Source: an uncultured Nitrospiraceae bacterium (GTDB lineage: Bacteria > Nitrospirota > Nitrospiria > Nitrospirales > Nitrospiraceae). Taken from it: 64,000 nucleotides of DNA. This document shows positions 31,004 through 42,225 of the stretch, piece by piece. The notes below the pieces were generated by a model. The model saw nothing but the letters and a program-made list of their open reading frames with translations, did no database searches and was not told where the DNA came from. The stretch is from contig CAVPLT010000007.1 of the NCBI GenBank assembly GCA_963706325.1, positions 352,001 to 416,000 on the forward strand. The letters are read 5' to 3'. The stretch's first letter is position 1. Each line of letters starts with the position of its first letter. A program made the position numbers and the translations under genes.

Positions 31004-33382
31004 ATGAACGAGAAGAACGAGCAGGCGACTCAACCGCTCAGTCCCGAGATGGGTCAGCGCATCCATGCCTACTGGCGGGCGGCAAATTACTTGTCCGTGG
31101 GACAGATTTATCTGTTTGATAACCCGCTGCTAAAGCACCCGCTGAAGCGAGAGCATATCAAACCGCGCCTTCTGGGCCACTGGGGAACCACGCCGGGATT
31201 GAATTTTATCTATGTCCACCTCAACCGTGTCATCAAAGAGCAGGATTTGCAGGTGCTCTATATCACAGGCCCCGGTCATGGCGGTCCGGGCATCGTGGCT
31301 AATGTCTATATGGAGGGGACCTATAGCGAGGTCTATCCGAACATTACGCAAGACGAAGAGGGGCTCCGGCGGCTGTTTAAACAGTTTTCCTTTCCCGGTG
31401 GCATTCCTAGCCACGTCGCGCCGGAAACGCCCGGATCCATTAACGAGGGCGGAGAATTGGGCTATTCACTCGCCCACGCCTATGGAGCCGCCTTCGACCA
31501 TCCCGAGCTCCTTGTGGCCTGCGTGATCGGAGACGGCGAAGCTGAAACGGGACCGCTTGCCGGGAGCTGGCACGGGAACAAATTTTTGAATCCTGTGCGG
31601 GACGGAGCCGTGCTGCCGATTCTGCATTTGAACGGATATAAAATCGCCGGGCCGACCCTGTTGGCGCGCATGCCGCCGGATGAACTCGAGGCTCTGTTGA
31701 TCGGATACGGCCATCAGCCCTATTTCGTCGAAGGCGACGATCCCGAAGAGATGCATCAGCTGATGGCGTCCACGCTGGACGAGATCACCGCCACGATTCG
31801 GAAGATTCAGCAGGAGGCCAGATCGAAGGGATTCACCGGCCGGCCGCGCTGGCCCATGATCGTGCTGCGCACGCCGAAAGGCTGGACCGGGCCGAAGGAA
31901 GTAGACGGCAAGAAGGTTGAGGGCAGCTTTCGTTCCCATCAAGTGCCGATGGGAGACATGGACCGGCCCGAGCATGTGCAGTTATTGGAAGAATGGTTGA
32001 AAAGCTACAAGCCGGAAGAGCTGTTCGATGAATCGGGCAAACTGATATCTGCGTTGGCGGCGCTGGCGCCGACGGGCGAACGGCGCATGGGCGCAATTCC
32101 TTGCGCGAACGGCGGCATCCTTCTGCGTGATCTTCGGATGCCGGATTTCCGTGACTATGCGGTGCCGGTGACCAAACCCGGAGGGGATCAAGCCGAGGCG
32201 ACGAGGGTCCAAGGACTCTTTCTGCGCGACGTGCTGAAAACGAACATGCGGAATTTCCGTATTTTCGCTCCTGACGAAACCGCGTCCAATCGATGGACGC
32301 CTGTCTTCGAAGTGACGGACCGTTGCTCCATGGAGGAAATCCTAAAGACCGATGACCATGTCGCCCCCGATGGGCGGGTCATGGAGATACTGAGCGAGCA
32401 TCTCTGCCAGGGATGGCTCGAAGGGTATCTGTTGACTGGGCGTCACGGGTTTATGAACTGCTACGAAGCGTTCATTCACATCGTGGACTCGATGTTTAAT
32501 CAACATGCGAAATGGCTCAAGTCCTCGCGTGAAATTTCGTGGCGGCGGCCGATCGCCTCCTTGAATTATCTCCTGACATCGCATGTGTGGCGACAGGACC
32601 ACAATGGGTTCAGCCATCAGGACCCCGGGTTCATCGATCATGTGGTGAATAAAAAAGCCGAAGTCATTCGTGTCTACTTACCACCCGACGCGAACACGCT
32701 GCTCTCGGTGACGGATCACTGCCTGCGCAGTCGCGACTATGTGAATGTGGTCGTGGCCGGCAAACAGCCGTCGCCGCAGTGGCTGGATATGGAATCGGCC
32801 ATCTTGCATTGCACGGCAGGAATCGGTATTTGGGAATGGGCCAGCAATGATCGAGGCGGCGAGCCTGATGTGGTGATGGCCTGTTGCGGCGACGTCCCGA
32901 CGATGGAAACTCTGGCGGCGGTAGAAATCTTGCGCAATGCGCTGCCCAATTTGAAAGTGCGCGTCATCAACATCGTCGATCTCATGAAGCTGCAACCCAC
33001 CAGTGAGCATCCGCACGGACTATCCGATAAGGAGTTCGATGCCTTGTTCACCACCGACAAACCGATCATCTTTGCGTTTCATGGGTACCCCTGGTTGATC
33101 CACCGATTGACCTATCGCCGGACCAATCACGATAACCTGCATGTGCGCGGTTATAAGGAAGAAGGAACGACGACGACGCCGTTCGACATGGTCGTGTTGA
33201 ACGATCTGGACCGGTTTCATCTCGTGGCTGATGTGGTGGACCGAGTGCCGCAGCTCGGCGCCAGCGCCGCTTATCTCAAGCAAGACATGCGTGACAAGCG
33301 CATTCAGCACAAGCAGTACATTATGACGCATGGCATAGACATGCCCGAGGTCCTGAACTGGAAGTGGAGCGGCAAACGCTAG
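31004..33382 (+). CDS. xfp: Xylulose-5-P/fructose-6-P phosphoketolase
   Basis: '[14 protein letters not shown]', 'GHWGTTPG', 'EGGELGYSL', '[15 protein letters not shown]'. Confidence 0.95.
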   Translation: MNEKNEQATQPLSPEMGQRIHAYWRAANYLSVGQIYLFDNPLLKHPLKREHIKPRLLGHWGTTPGLNFIYVHLNRVIKEQDLQVLYITGPGHGGPGIVANVYMEGTYSEVYPNITQDEEGLRRLFKQFSFPGGIPSHVAPETPGSINEGGELGYSLAHAYGAAFDHPELLVACVIGDGEAETGPLAGSWHGNKFLNPVRDGAVLPILHLNGYKIAGPTLLARMPPDELEALLIGYGHQPYFVEGDDPEEMHQLMASTLDEITATIRKIQQEARSKGFTGRPRWPMIVLRTPKGWTGPKEVDGKKVEGSFRSHQVPMGDMDRPEHVQLLEEWLKSYKPEELFDESGKLISALAALAPTGERRMGAIPCANGGILLRDLRMPDFRDYAVPVTKPGGDQAEATRVQGLFLRDVLKTNMRNFRIFAPDETASNRWTPVFEVTDRCSMEEILKTDDHVAPDGRVMEILSEHLCQGWLEGYLLTGRHGFMNCYEAFIHIVDSMFNQHAKWLKSSREISWRRPIASLNYLLTSHVWRQDHNGFSHQDPGFIDHVVNKKAEVIRVYLPPDANTLLSVTDHCLRSRDYVNVVVAGKQPSPQWLDMESAILHCTAGIGIWEWASNDRGGEPDVVMACCGDVPTMETLAAVEILRNALPNLKVRVINIVDLMKLQPTSEHPHGLSDKEFDALFTTDKPIIFAFHGYPWLIHRLTYRRTNHDNLHVRGYKEEGTTTTPFDMVVLNDLDRFHLVADVVDRVPQLGASAAYLKQDMRDKRIQHKQYIMTHGIDMPEVLNWKWSGKR

Positions 33383-33391
33383 AGGAAAAGC

Positions 33392-34075
33392 ATGACGACT
33401 TCGAGCATGGTGGTGCTGTTCGATGTGGACAACACGTTATTGGACAATGATCGGGTCACGGCTGATCTGAAAGAGCATTTGGAGAAGGAAGTCGGTCATC
33501 AACGTGAGCGGCTGTACTGGGACATTTTCGAGCAACTTCGCGAAGACTTGGGATACGTCGATTATCTGGGCGCGCTGCAATGTTATCGCCTTCGATACCC
33601 CCGCGATCCCCACCTCCTCACCCTGTCGCGATTCCTCGTGAATTATCCCTTTGCCGAGCGGCTCTTCCCGCAAGCGCTGGAAGTGGTGCGCCATGTCAGC
33701 CAATGGAGCCAAGCCGTCATTTTGTCGGATGGCGATGTCGTGTTTCAGCCTCGCAAGGTAGAACGGTCAGGGCTGTTCGAGGCTGTTCAGGAACGCGTGC
33801 TCATCTATATTCATAAAGAACAGGAATTGGAAGACGTGGAGCAACGATATCCCGCCGACCACTATGTACTCGTGGACGATAAGGTTCGGATTCTGAGCGC
33901 TGTGAAAACCTATTGGGGCAGTCGGGTCACCACCGTCTTCCCGCGTCAGGGACATTATGCCTGGGACCCCGAGGCACTGCGTACCAACCCTGCTCCTGAT
34001 CTCTCGATTGAGCGCATCGCAGACCTGCTCACGGTCGATCGGCGCATGCTGCTCGCTGCCTCACATGCTTCCTGA
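33392..34075 (+). CDS. HAD-superfamily hydrolase
   Basis: Motif I 'LFDVDNTL', 'LVDDK'. Confidence 0.88.
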   Translation: MTTSSMVVLFDVDNTLLDNDRVTADLKEHLEKEVGHQRERLYWDIFEQLREDLGYVDYLGALQCYRLRYPRDPHLLTLSRFLVNYPFAERLFPQALEVVRHVSQWSQAVILSDGDVVFQPRKVERSGLFEAVQERVLIYIHKEQELEDVEQRYPADHYVLVDDKVRILSAVKTYWGSRVTTVFPRQGHYAWDPEALRTNPAPDLSIERIADLLTVDRRMLLAASHAS

Positions 34076-34293
34076 GTTCATGGGCCTGTCGCGCCTACCA
34101 TTTATCGACTCGCATTCCGCACCGAGGTCGGCTACATCGTCAGACCGAGACAGAAACCTGCCAAACTGGGCTTGAGCCTTGATGCAATCCTGTGGCACTG
34201 TCTTGGGTCTGCAGGCGATGGGTGGCTGGATAGGGGATTACTCGAGTGTCGGCCGGCACTATGCGATTGCCGCAGAACAACCAATGGATCGGA

Positions 34294-36891
34294 ATGACGA
34301 TGAGCGATCATCTGAACGTACGTGAATTTGAACCCGAAATGGTACGGCACCGCGCTTTACTGGAAGTGTCGAAGGCCATTGCGGCGCATCGGGATCTGCA
34401 CGACCTATTTCATGACCTCGCGCAGCGCCTCCCACAGGTCGTCGAGGTCAATTTTGTCGCCCTCTCGCTGCACGATTTTGAGCGCAATTTGATGAAGCTC
34501 TATACGCTGCAGGCCAATGTGCCGGCGGATATCATCGGCGGTCATGAAGAGCCCGTGGACGAGACGCCCACCGGATTCGTGTGGCAAACCCAACAGACGC
34601 TCATCATTCAAGACCTGGACGGAGAGCAGCGTTGGCCGGCGGTGACCTCGCGCATGCAGGAGGATGGGATTCGGTCTCTCTGCATCGTGCCTCTGACCAC
34701 GGCGCTCCGTCGTCTGGGCACGATGGGGTTTGCAAGTTTGAGGCAACAGGCCTATGGGAACACCGATGGGGAATTCCTTCAACAAGTCGGCAAGCAAGTT
34801 GCCGTGGCAGTGGACAACGTCCTCCATCACCAAGACCTCGCGCGGGATCGCGATCGGTTGCGGTTGCTCCTGGAAGTGTCCGAGTCCATCGCGTCGCATC
34901 GCGACTTGGACGAATTATTGCGCGATTTGGCGCAGCGGCTGCCGCACATCGTTCCCTTTGATTACATCAACGTCGTGCTGCACGACCCTGTTCGCCAGGT
35001 CATGCGACTGTGTTTTCTGGTGACAGCTGAACCGGGCACCATCAGCCCCGGTCTTGAAACACCCGTGCACGAATCTCCCGGCGGACTGGTATGGACTACA
35101 CAAGAACCCTTGATCGTGAATGACATTGCGCAAGAGCCTCGCTGGCCGGCCTTGATGTCGATGTTCCGCGATAATGGCGTGCAATCTTTCTGCGTCGTGC
35201 CCCTCACGACGGCGCAACGCCGCCTCGGCGCTATGGGGTTTGGAAGTCTGCAGCCGAGACGTTATCAACCGGCGGAAATCGACTTTATGCGCCAGGTGGC
35301 AAACCAGGTAGCCGTGGCCGTGGACAATGCGCTGAACGCGGAGGCCGCGCGTGCCGCTCAAAAGCAGTTAGCCCATGAGCGTGATCGGCAGCGGATGCTG
35401 TTGAAGGTCAACAATGCGGTGGTGTCTCATCTTGATTTAAGCTCCGTCTTTGCCGCCGTCAGCGATTGTTTGCGCACCGTCATTCAGCACGACGGGTCGA
35501 GTTTAGTGCTCTACGACGCGAAGACCCAACGCTGCCGCGTGCATGCACTGCACTTTACCGAGAAGCGTTCGGTGATCGAAGAGTGCGACGGGAATGCCCT
35601 CATCCCTTCTCCATCCGGTATTGCGATCACGACCAGGCAACCGGCTGTGTTTCGAGAGCAGGACTTGCAGGATATGGCATCGACCTCGCCGATGGCCAAA
35701 TACCTTCTGGCCGAAGGTGTGAAAGCATTGTGCTGCATGCCGCTGCTCTCGCATAACCAGGCATTGGGAGCGCTGAATGTCGGAAGACAACGCGACGACG
35801 CGTTTGCGGCCGAGGATGTCGAATTGTTGAATCAAGTGGCGCAGCAGATCGCGATTGCAGTGGAAAACGGTCTGGCCTACCAAGAAATCGCGGATCTCAA
35901 GGAAAAGCTCAGTAAGGAAAAATTGTATCTCGAGGAAGAGATCAAAACGGCCTACGACTTCGAGGACATTGTTGGAAGCAGCGCCGCGCTCAAACGGGTG
36001 TTGAAACAGGTGGAGATCGTTGCGCCGACCGATTCGACGGTCTTGATTTTAGGTGAAACCGGCACGGGTAAGGAGTTGTTGGCACGCGCCATTCATGATC
36101 GCAGCAGCCGCCGGGAACGGACCATGGTCAAACTGAATTGTGCGGCGATTCCGACCGGGCTCCTGGAAAGCGAGTTGTTCGGCCATGAGCGCGGCGCCTT
36201 CACGGGAGCTATCGCGCAAAAAGTGGGCCGTTTCGAGCTTGCGGACGGCGGAACGCTGTTCCTGGATGAGCTCGGCGATATTCCACTGGAGCTGCAGTCC
36301 AAATTGTTGCGCGTGCTGCAGGAACAGGAATTTGAGCGATTGGGAGGCACCCGAACGATCAAGGTAAACATTCGGTTGTTGGCGGCCACCAACCGCAACC
36401 TGATTCAGATGGTCGCCGAAAAAACGTTCCGCAGCGATTTGTATTATCGCCTCAATGTGTTTCCGTTGACGATTCCCGCGCTTCGCGAGCGTCGAGAAGA
36501 CATTCCTTCGTTGGTTCGATATTTTGCCCAGAAGTTCGCGCGGCGGATGAAGAAAACGATCGATTCGATCTCCACGGAGGGGATGGCGACGTTGACGCAG
36601 TATGACTGGCCCGGCAACGTTCGAGAGTTGGAGAATGTCATCGAACGAGCCACGATCCTTTCGCAAGGAGGAGAGCTGCAGCTGACGCTGGAAAAGGTCT
36701 CGGCCCAAACGAGGCCGGACAGTCCAGCCGTGAGCACCCTGGAGGTCGCCGAGCGCGCTCACATCATGCGAGCCTTGCAGGCTGCCAACTGGATCATCGG
36801 CGGGCCTCACGGCGCGGCCTCCAAACTCGGCATGAAACGAACCACCCTTCAATCAAGAATGCAGAAGCTCAGCATCGTTCGTCCGGCCTAG
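34294..36891 (+). CDS. FhlA-like sigma54 activator with three GAF domains
   Basis: Three GAF repeats ending '[24 protein letters not shown]', 'GETGTGKE', 'GAFTGA', HTH '[17 protein letters not shown]'; exact start uncertain. Confidence 0.92.
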   Translation: MTMSDHLNVREFEPEMVRHRALLEVSKAIAAHRDLHDLFHDLAQRLPQVVEVNFVALSLHDFERNLMKLYTLQANVPADIIGGHEEPVDETPTGFVWQTQQTLIIQDLDGEQRWPAVTSRMQEDGIRSLCIVPLTTALRRLGTMGFASLRQQAYGNTDGEFLQQVGKQVAVAVDNVLHHQDLARDRDRLRLLLEVSESIASHRDLDELLRDLAQRLPHIVPFDYINVVLHDPVRQVMRLCFLVTAEPGTISPGLETPVHESPGGLVWTTQEPLIVNDIAQEPRWPALMSMFRDNGVQSFCVVPLTTAQRRLGAMGFGSLQPRRYQPAEIDFMRQVANQVAVAVDNALNAEAARAAQKQLAHERDRQRMLLKVNNAVVSHLDLSSVFAAVSDCLRTVIQHDGSSLVLYDAKTQRCRVHALHFTEKRSVIEECDGNALIPSPSGIAITTRQPAVFREQDLQDMASTSPMAKYLLAEGVKALCCMPLLSHNQALGALNVGRQRDDAFAAEDVELLNQVAQQIAIAVENGLAYQEIADLKEKLSKEKLYLEEEIKTAYDFEDIVGSSAALKRVLKQVEIVAPTDSTVLILGETGTGKELLARAIHDRSSRRERTMVKLNCAAIPTGLLESELFGHERGAFTGAIAQKVGRFELADGGTLFLDELGDIPLELQSKLLRVLQEQEFERLGGTRTIKVNIRLLAATNRNLIQMVAEKTFRSDLYYRLNVFPLTIPALRERREDIPSLVRYFAQKFARRMKKTIDSISTEGMATLTQYDWPGNVRELENVIERATILSQGGELQLTLEKVSAQTRPDSPAVSTLEVAERAHIMRALQAANWIIGGPHGAASKLGMKRTTLQSRMQKLSIVRPA

Positions 36892-37024
36892 CCCTCGTCA
36901 ATGTTGTCTGCGGCTGGTCTTCTCTCCCGCGTAGTGCTTCGCCGGCGCAAATCCAAACCATGCGTGACAGTAGTCCAACTCGTCCGCCCAGGAGTTGCGC
37001 GTATCCCTTAGCATTCGTGGATGC

Positions 37025-37066
37025 TTGACGCGGGCGGAGGAAACTAGTAGTACTGGAAGAGTTTCC
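37025..37066 (+). promoter_or_regulatory. Putative sigma70 promoter with overlapping TetR operator
   Basis: TTGACG-N17-TAGTAC; inverted repeat GGAAACT-N14-AGTTTCC (37039-37066) just upstream of tetR. Confidence 0.55.
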
Positions 37067-37076
37067 GGCGTACCTA

Positions 37077-37712
37077 ATGAAGACCCCCACGCATCGGCAC
37101 AGGCAACCGCTTACGACCAAGGACCGTTCCACGGCCGAACGGATCGTGGCTTCCGCGAGGCGCCATTTCCTGACCCACGGTTTCCGACACGTCACCATGG
37201 ACGATTTGGCGCGCGAGCTCGGGATGAGCAAGAAAACCCTCTATGCCTCCTTTCAAAGCAAGACCCTGTTGCTCGAAGCCGTGATCGTAGATAAGTTCCG
37301 CCAGGTGGAACAGGACCTCGACAGCATTACTGCCGGCTGCTCGTCGGATGTGCTGGCGTCATTGCAGGAATTGCTGGCTTGCATGCAACAGCACACCGAC
37401 GAGATTAAGCCGCCGTTCGTGCGCGATATGCAGCGTGAGTCGCCGGAGAGATTCAAAATGGTGGAAGTCCGGCGGCGGAATGTCATCCAGCGTCATTTCG
37501 GAAAGTTGCTCACTGCTGGACGGAAAGTCGGGATTATTCGCAAGGACGTTCCGACCAACCTCATCCTTGAGATTCTGCTGAGCGCGCTCCAGGCCATTAT
37601 GAATCCTCCTAAAATTGTAGAGTGGGGCCTCACTCCGAAGAGCGGGTATTCGGCAATCGTGACGGTCATAATGGAAGGCGTGATGACCGATCGCGCGCGC
37701 GCGGCGCTATGA
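37077..37712 (+). CDS. TetR/AcrR-family regulator
   Basis: 'HGFRHVTMDDLARELGMSKKTLY'. Confidence 0.92.
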   Translation: MKTPTHRHRQPLTTKDRSTAERIVASARRHFLTHGFRHVTMDDLARELGMSKKTLYASFQSKTLLLEAVIVDKFRQVEQDLDSITAGCSSDVLASLQELLACMQQHTDEIKPPFVRDMQRESPERFKMVEVRRRNVIQRHFGKLLTAGRKVGIIRKDVPTNLILEILLSALQAIMNPPKIVEWGLTPKSGYSAIVTVIMEGVMTDRARAAL

Positions 37713-38701
37713 ACTTGCGGCGGAGATCAGATAGACGGACCAGCACGTGCCTTGTCGGAGTCTGTTGGCTGGTCTGGGCGCTGGCAAGTTGTACCGATCA
37801 GGAACGCGACCGTTTGCAGGGATACGTGGAAGGAGAGTTTGTGTATATCGCGTCGCCCTTCGCAGGCGCGCTCGAGTCGCTTCAGGTCCAGCGCGGGGCG
37901 CAGGTCAAATCGGGCGACTCGTTGTTTTGGTTGGACAGCACATCCGAAAAATCCGTTCGGGATGAGGCCGAGCGCAAACTCGCGCAAGCGCGAGCCACGT
38001 GGGCGGACGTCAAAAAAGGCAAACGTCCCTCGGAAATTGAGGCGCTTCAGGCCCAACTCAAGCAGGCGCGGGCGGCGTCCACCCTGTCAGAACGCGAATT
38101 CAAGCGGCAGCAAGGGCTTATTGGTGTCCCAGGCGCCGCGGTGGAACTTGATTTTGACCGGGCGCGATCCTCCCGCGACCAGACTCGTCAGCGGATAGCT
38201 GAGCTTGAAGCTGAATTGCGAACGGCGCAGTTAGGGTCCCGGAGCGATCAGATTATTGCTGCTGGGGCAGAGGTTCGGGCACGAGAGGCTGCGCTAGCCA
38301 AGGCGGAGTGGGAGTTGTCGCAAAAGCGCCAGAAGGCTCCCAAGGCCGGCTTGGTCTTCGATACGCTGTATCGCGAGGGAGAATGGGTCGCTGCCGGTCG
38401 GCCCGTCGTTGTCTTGCTGCCCCCACTCAATATCAAAGTGCGCACCTTTGTGCCGGAAACTCTGGTTGGAACGATCCAACCCGGTCGCTCTGTCCGCATC
38501 TGGGTAGACGGAATCACCGAGCCGCTCAGCGGCGCCGTGAGCTACGTTTCGCCGAAGGCGGAATACACGCCACCGGTCATCTATAGTCAGACGAGCCGTA
38601 GCAAGCTGGTTTTCATGGTTGAAGCGGTCTTTCCTCCCGACATCGCTGCCGGCCTGCATCCAGGTCAGCCGGTGGATGTACAGTTCGGCTCTGCTCAATG
38701 A
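37709..38701 (+). CDS. HlyD-family periplasmic adaptor (YbhG-like lipoprotein)
   Basis: Lipobox LASC, 'QGYVEGEFVY', 'AEYTPPVIYS'. Confidence 0.88.
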   Translation: MNLRRRSDRRTSTCLVGVCWLVWALASCTDQERDRLQGYVEGEFVYIASPFAGALESLQVQRGAQVKSGDSLFWLDSTSEKSVRDEAERKLAQARATWADVKKGKRPSEIEALQAQLKQARAASTLSEREFKRQQGLIGVPGAAVELDFDRARSSRDQTRQRIAELEAELRTAQLGSRSDQIIAAGAEVRAREAALAKAEWELSQKRQKAPKAGLVFDTLYREGEWVAAGRPVVVLLPPLNIKVRTFVPETLVGTIQPGRSVRIWVDGITEPLSGAVSYVSPKAEYTPPVIYSQTSRSKLVFMVEAVFPPDIAAGLHPGQPVDVQFGSAQ

Positions 38702-39639
38702 CGAACGATCACGCCCCAGCTGATCTCGCGATCGATGTGCGTGGGATGACCAAACGTTTCGGCGAACGGACGGTCGTCGACCATATTGAACTTCAAGTAC
38801 GGCGAGGCGAAATTTACGGGTTTCTTGGACCGAACGGCAGCGGCAAAACCACATTTATCCGTATGCTGTGCGGGTTGCTTCGTCCAGACGAGGGGAGCGG
38901 GACCTGCCTCGGGCATGACGTGATCACAGAGAGCGAAGCGATTAAACTCGAAGTCGGCTATATGACTCAGCGATTCAGTTTTTACGAAGACTTGAGCATT
39001 GCCGAGAATCTTCATTTTGTCGCTCGCATCTTTTCGGTGCCCAATCGGCAAGAGGCTGTACGGAGCAGTATCGAACGGCTTGGCCTTGGCGGCAGGCAGG
39101 GGCAGTTAGCGGGTGAACTGTCCGGAGGATGGAAGCAGCGGCTCGCGTTGGCGGCCTGCCTCATTCACCAGCCGAAACTGTTGCTGCTGGACGAACCCAC
39201 GGCGGGAGTGGATCCGAAAGCCCGCCGGGAGTTTTGGGAGCACATCCATGATTTGGCCGCCGAGGGTCTCACCTTTCTCATCACCACCCATTATATGGAT
39301 GAAGCCGAGCGGTGCCACAGGCTCGCCTATATCGCCTACGGGAAATTGCTCGCGCACGGGACCGTCCCGGACGTGATTGCAGACGCGGGTTTGACGACAT
39401 GGTCGGTCGTCGGACCGGATCTGCATCAGCTCGCAGAGCAGCTGCGGGGTCGCCCGGGCGTCAAACAGGCCGTAGCTTTCGGCAGCATGTTGCATGTGAG
39501 CGGAGACGATGCCGAGGCGCTCGAACGGGCGATCGCACCGTTCCTCGCCAGCCCTTATGAGTGGACCAGGATCGGCGCCAGCCTCGAAGATGTGTTCATC
39601 CACTTGATGGAACGTTCGCCGGACAATTTCTCAGCATGA
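38698..39639 (+). CDS. ABC transporter ATP-binding protein (YbhF-like, single NBD)
   Basis: GPNGSGKTT, LSGGWKQRL, LLDEPTAGVDP. Confidence 0.92.
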   Translation: MTNDHAPADLAIDVRGMTKRFGERTVVDHIELQVRRGEIYGFLGPNGSGKTTFIRMLCGLLRPDEGSGTCLGHDVITESEAIKLEVGYMTQRFSFYEDLSIAENLHFVARIFSVPNRQEAVRSSIERLGLGGRQGQLAGELSGGWKQRLALAACLIHQPKLLLLDEPTAGVDPKARREFWEHIHDLAAEGLTFLITTHYMDEAERCHRLAYIAYGKLLAHGTVPDVIADAGLTTWSVVGPDLHQLAEQLRGRPGVKQAVAFGSMLHVSGDDAEALERAIAPFLASPYEWTRIGASLEDVFIHLMERSPDNFSA

Positions 39640-40778
39640 AGCAAAGCCGATCATTTTCACCGTCTCGATTGTGGGCTGTCGTTGTGAAGGAATTCGTCCA
39701 GATGAGACGGGACCGGATGACTTTCGGCATGATGATCGGTGTCCCGCTCATGCAGCTCATCCTGTTCGGATTCGCCATTAACTCAGATCCGAAACAACTG
39801 CCTGCGGCGGTACTGTCGGCTGACTATGGGCCCCAGGCACGGACCCTTTTGAGTGCCGTTCAACAGAGCGGGTATTTTAGCTTTGTCCGTCAGGTGAGCA
39901 GCGAATCCGAAGCGCGCGATCTTCTCGCCCGCGGAGAGGTCCAGTTCGTCATCACTATCCCGGTTAGCTTCTCCCGTGACTTATTACGTGGCGATCGCCC
40001 CGTGATACTCGTCGAAGCCGATGCCACCGACCCTGCCGCGACCAGCAATGCGGTCGGTTCGTTGCGGACCTCGATCAACAGGGCTCTGCAGCATGATTTG
40101 AAAGGTCCGATCGGAGATCTGGTAGGAACGGACGGTCCGATCGATCTGCGCATCCACGCGAAATACAATCCGGAAGCCATCACCCAATACAACATCGTGC
40201 CGGGGTTGATGGGCGTAGTGCTGACCATGACCATGGTCATGATCACCGGCTTGGCGATCACACGCGAACGTGAACGTGGCACGATGGAAAACCTCCTGTC
40301 CATGCCGACGCGTCCATTCGAGGTGATGATCGGGAAGATTGTTCCGTACATTTTGGTGGGTTATGTGCAAATCGGGCTTATTCTAGTGGCGTCGCATGTC
40401 TTGTTTCACGTGCCGATGGTCGGCAGTCTCGGTTTGCTCCTGCTGGTCGCGCTCGTGTTCATCGCCGCCAACCTAGCCATGGGAATCACGTTTTCCACAG
40501 TGGCTCAGAACCAACTCCAGGCCATGCAGATGTCGTTCTTCTTCTTCCTGCCATCAATCTTGTTGTCGGGTTTCATGTTTCCATTTCGAGGCATGCCGCC
40601 GTGGGCGCAAACAATCGGCGAAGTGCTCCCCCTCACGCACTTCCTCAGGATCGTGCGTGGCATTCTCCTGAAGGGCAATGGCCTCGATGACATACTCCTG
40701 CATCTCTGGAAGATTGTACTATTCGCTGTGATCGCGTTGACCATCGGCGTGAAGCGGTACCGACAGACGCTCGATTAG
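39636..40778 (+). CDS. ABC-2 permease (YbhS/YbhR-like)
   Basis: 'KEFVQMRRDR', 'RERERGTMENLL', 'LSGFMFPFRGMP'. Confidence 0.92.
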   Translation: MKQSRSFSPSRLWAVVVKEFVQMRRDRMTFGMMIGVPLMQLILFGFAINSDPKQLPAAVLSADYGPQARTLLSAVQQSGYFSFVRQVSSESEARDLLARGEVQFVITIPVSFSRDLLRGDRPVILVEADATDPAATSNAVGSLRTSINRALQHDLKGPIGDLVGTDGPIDLRIHAKYNPEAITQYNIVPGLMGVVLTMTMVMITGLAITRERERGTMENLLSMPTRPFEVMIGKIVPYILVGYVQIGLILVASHVLFHVPMVGSLGLLLLVALVFIAANLAMGITFSTVAQNQLQAMQMSFFFFLPSILLSGFMFPFRGMPPWAQTIGEVLPLTHFLRIVRGILLKGNGLDDILLHLWKIVLFAVIALTIGVKRYRQTLD

Positions 40779-40827
40779 TTGCGCTGGTTGGTCCGTAGCT
40801 GGCAGCTTGCCGATCGGCAAGGCAAGC

Positions 40828-40860
40828 GCCGATTTTTCGGCACCGTGCCGCATTGTCGGC
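40828..40860. promoter_or_regulatory. Tandem GCCG-N6-CGGC palindromes, putative UAS
   Basis: GCCGATTTTTCGGC (40828-40841) and GCCGCATTGTCGGC (40847-40860), about 120 bp upstream of a -24/-12 motif. Confidence 0.45.
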
Positions 40861-40971
40861 TCGGCATAGTCGTCATCATTCGCTCGTGCTCTTAAACACT
40901 TTCAGAGTTGACCCACTCCGTCCCCTCTTCCATGGCCCTTCAAGATCACTGAACTCTCTGCGGTGCCCAAC

Positions 40972-40987
40972 TGGAACGGCTTATGCG
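40972..40987 (+). promoter_or_regulatory. Putative sigma54 promoter
   Basis: TGGAACGGCTTATGCG = GG-N10-GC, upstream of a cluster of small genes. Confidence 0.6.
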
Positions 40988-41067
40988 TATTGCGGAGACG
41001 CGGGCATGGCAGCGATTTAATAGCCGAAAAAATTCGGCCCCCAAAGTGTCGAGAAAGGAAGTGAACC

Positions 41068-41304
41068 ATGGCTTGGATGGCGGTACTCGCATCCTACTTT
41101 CTGCCGGTGGCACTGCTGTCAGTCTTCATCTTGCTGGATTGCGCACATACCGCAGCCGGCCCAAGGCTCGTGCGAGTCACGCCCCATCGATTGGGTAGCC
41201 ATCCAGCTGCTCGCCGCCGACAATCCATAGGTATTAGGCGTTGCGGAGAACGGCGACAGGCTCAAGGAAAGGAGACCGCTGATGGCAACGATAGCGAGAT
41301 CTGA
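41068..41304 (+). CDS. Small membrane-anchored hypothetical protein
   Basis: AAAGGAAG RBS, N-terminal hydrophobic helix. Confidence 0.45.
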   Translation: MAWMAVLASYFLPVALLSVFILLDCAHTAAGPRLVRVTPHRLGSHPAARRRQSIGIRRCGERRQAQGKETADGNDSEI

Positions 41305-41503
41305 GTCGAAGCCCATAGGTGACGGGTCCCTCACAGGCAAACCCAACCACGACGGGATTCAGCATTGCTCGCGTTGTGGCGGGCTCATGGTCATGGTGCA
41401 GCTGATCGATCTTCCGGCTCAGCGTTGTGTGCAATGCGGAGAGTTGGTCGATTCCGTCATTCTGCATAATCGTCAACACGGTGTCACACAGGGGCTGAAT
41501 TGA
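41282..41503 (+). CDS. Small zinc-ribbon protein
   Basis: CSRCGGLM...RCVQCGE; AAGGAG RBS. Confidence 0.7.
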   Translation: MATIARSESKPIGDGSLTGKPNHDGIQHCSRCGGLMVMVQLIDLPAQRCVQCGELVDSVILHNRQHGVTQGLN

Positions 41504-41524
41504 AGTAGGTCAGGGAGGTGCAAG

Positions 41525-42031
41525 ATGCGATTGTTCACAGGGACTCTGATGTTTGCATTGGTGCTAATTCTTGGAAACAGCCGGTTTCTCGACGCCAAGA
41601 CGAGCGATTCGCCACCCATGGCACCCCTTAAGACTGATATGGGAGAGAGAGTCGGGAAGGACTGGAACGTCATTGCCGTCGAATTGGCTCCGGGTGCCAT
41701 GAATGGTTGGCATTCCCAGCCTGGAGGTGAATTTCTCTATGTATTAGAAGGCGCAGGTCGCCTGGAGATGGATGGGAAGCAGGCTATCACCCTCAATCCG
41801 GGTTCCGCTTCCACGTTGACCTCAATTCCGCACCATGTATTGAAGAATATCAGTCGGACGAAGCCGCTGAAGATTCTCGTGGTGTTCCTCAATCAGAATA
41901 GTGGACCGCATCCGCTTCTGGCATCAGGACTTATGCAAGGAGATAATGGGTACCGGGATACGCCTCCGCCTGGCGAGGGCAAGGCGCGTACGGGGCGACA
42001 GAAGGCGGGAGAGATAGGACTGGTCTTCTGA
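41525..42031 (+). CDS. Secreted cupin-domain protein
   Basis: Signal peptide; 'WHSQPGGEFLYVLEG', 'PHHVLKN'; GGAGG RBS. Confidence 0.8.
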   Translation: MRLFTGTLMFALVLILGNSRFLDAKTSDSPPMAPLKTDMGERVGKDWNVIAVELAPGAMNGWHSQPGGEFLYVLEGAGRLEMDGKQAITLNPGSASTLTSIPHHVLKNISRTKPLKILVVFLNQNSGPHPLLASGLMQGDNGYRDTPPPGEGKARTGRQKAGEIGLVF

Positions 42032-42225
42032 GAAGGTCGTGCCCAGCCTCGGAATGTCGGGCGTGATGGGAATGGGCGCTCACTTCTTCAATTGCTGGCA
42101 GGGGAAGGGGGCTAGGCGTAGCATATTGCTTACTCTGGATCAGACGGTTCAGAATTGCCCCTGCCGGAAACAACCAGGATCTGGGCACATGGGTAAATTG
42201 AGACAAAAATCTGTGCAGGGCTCGA

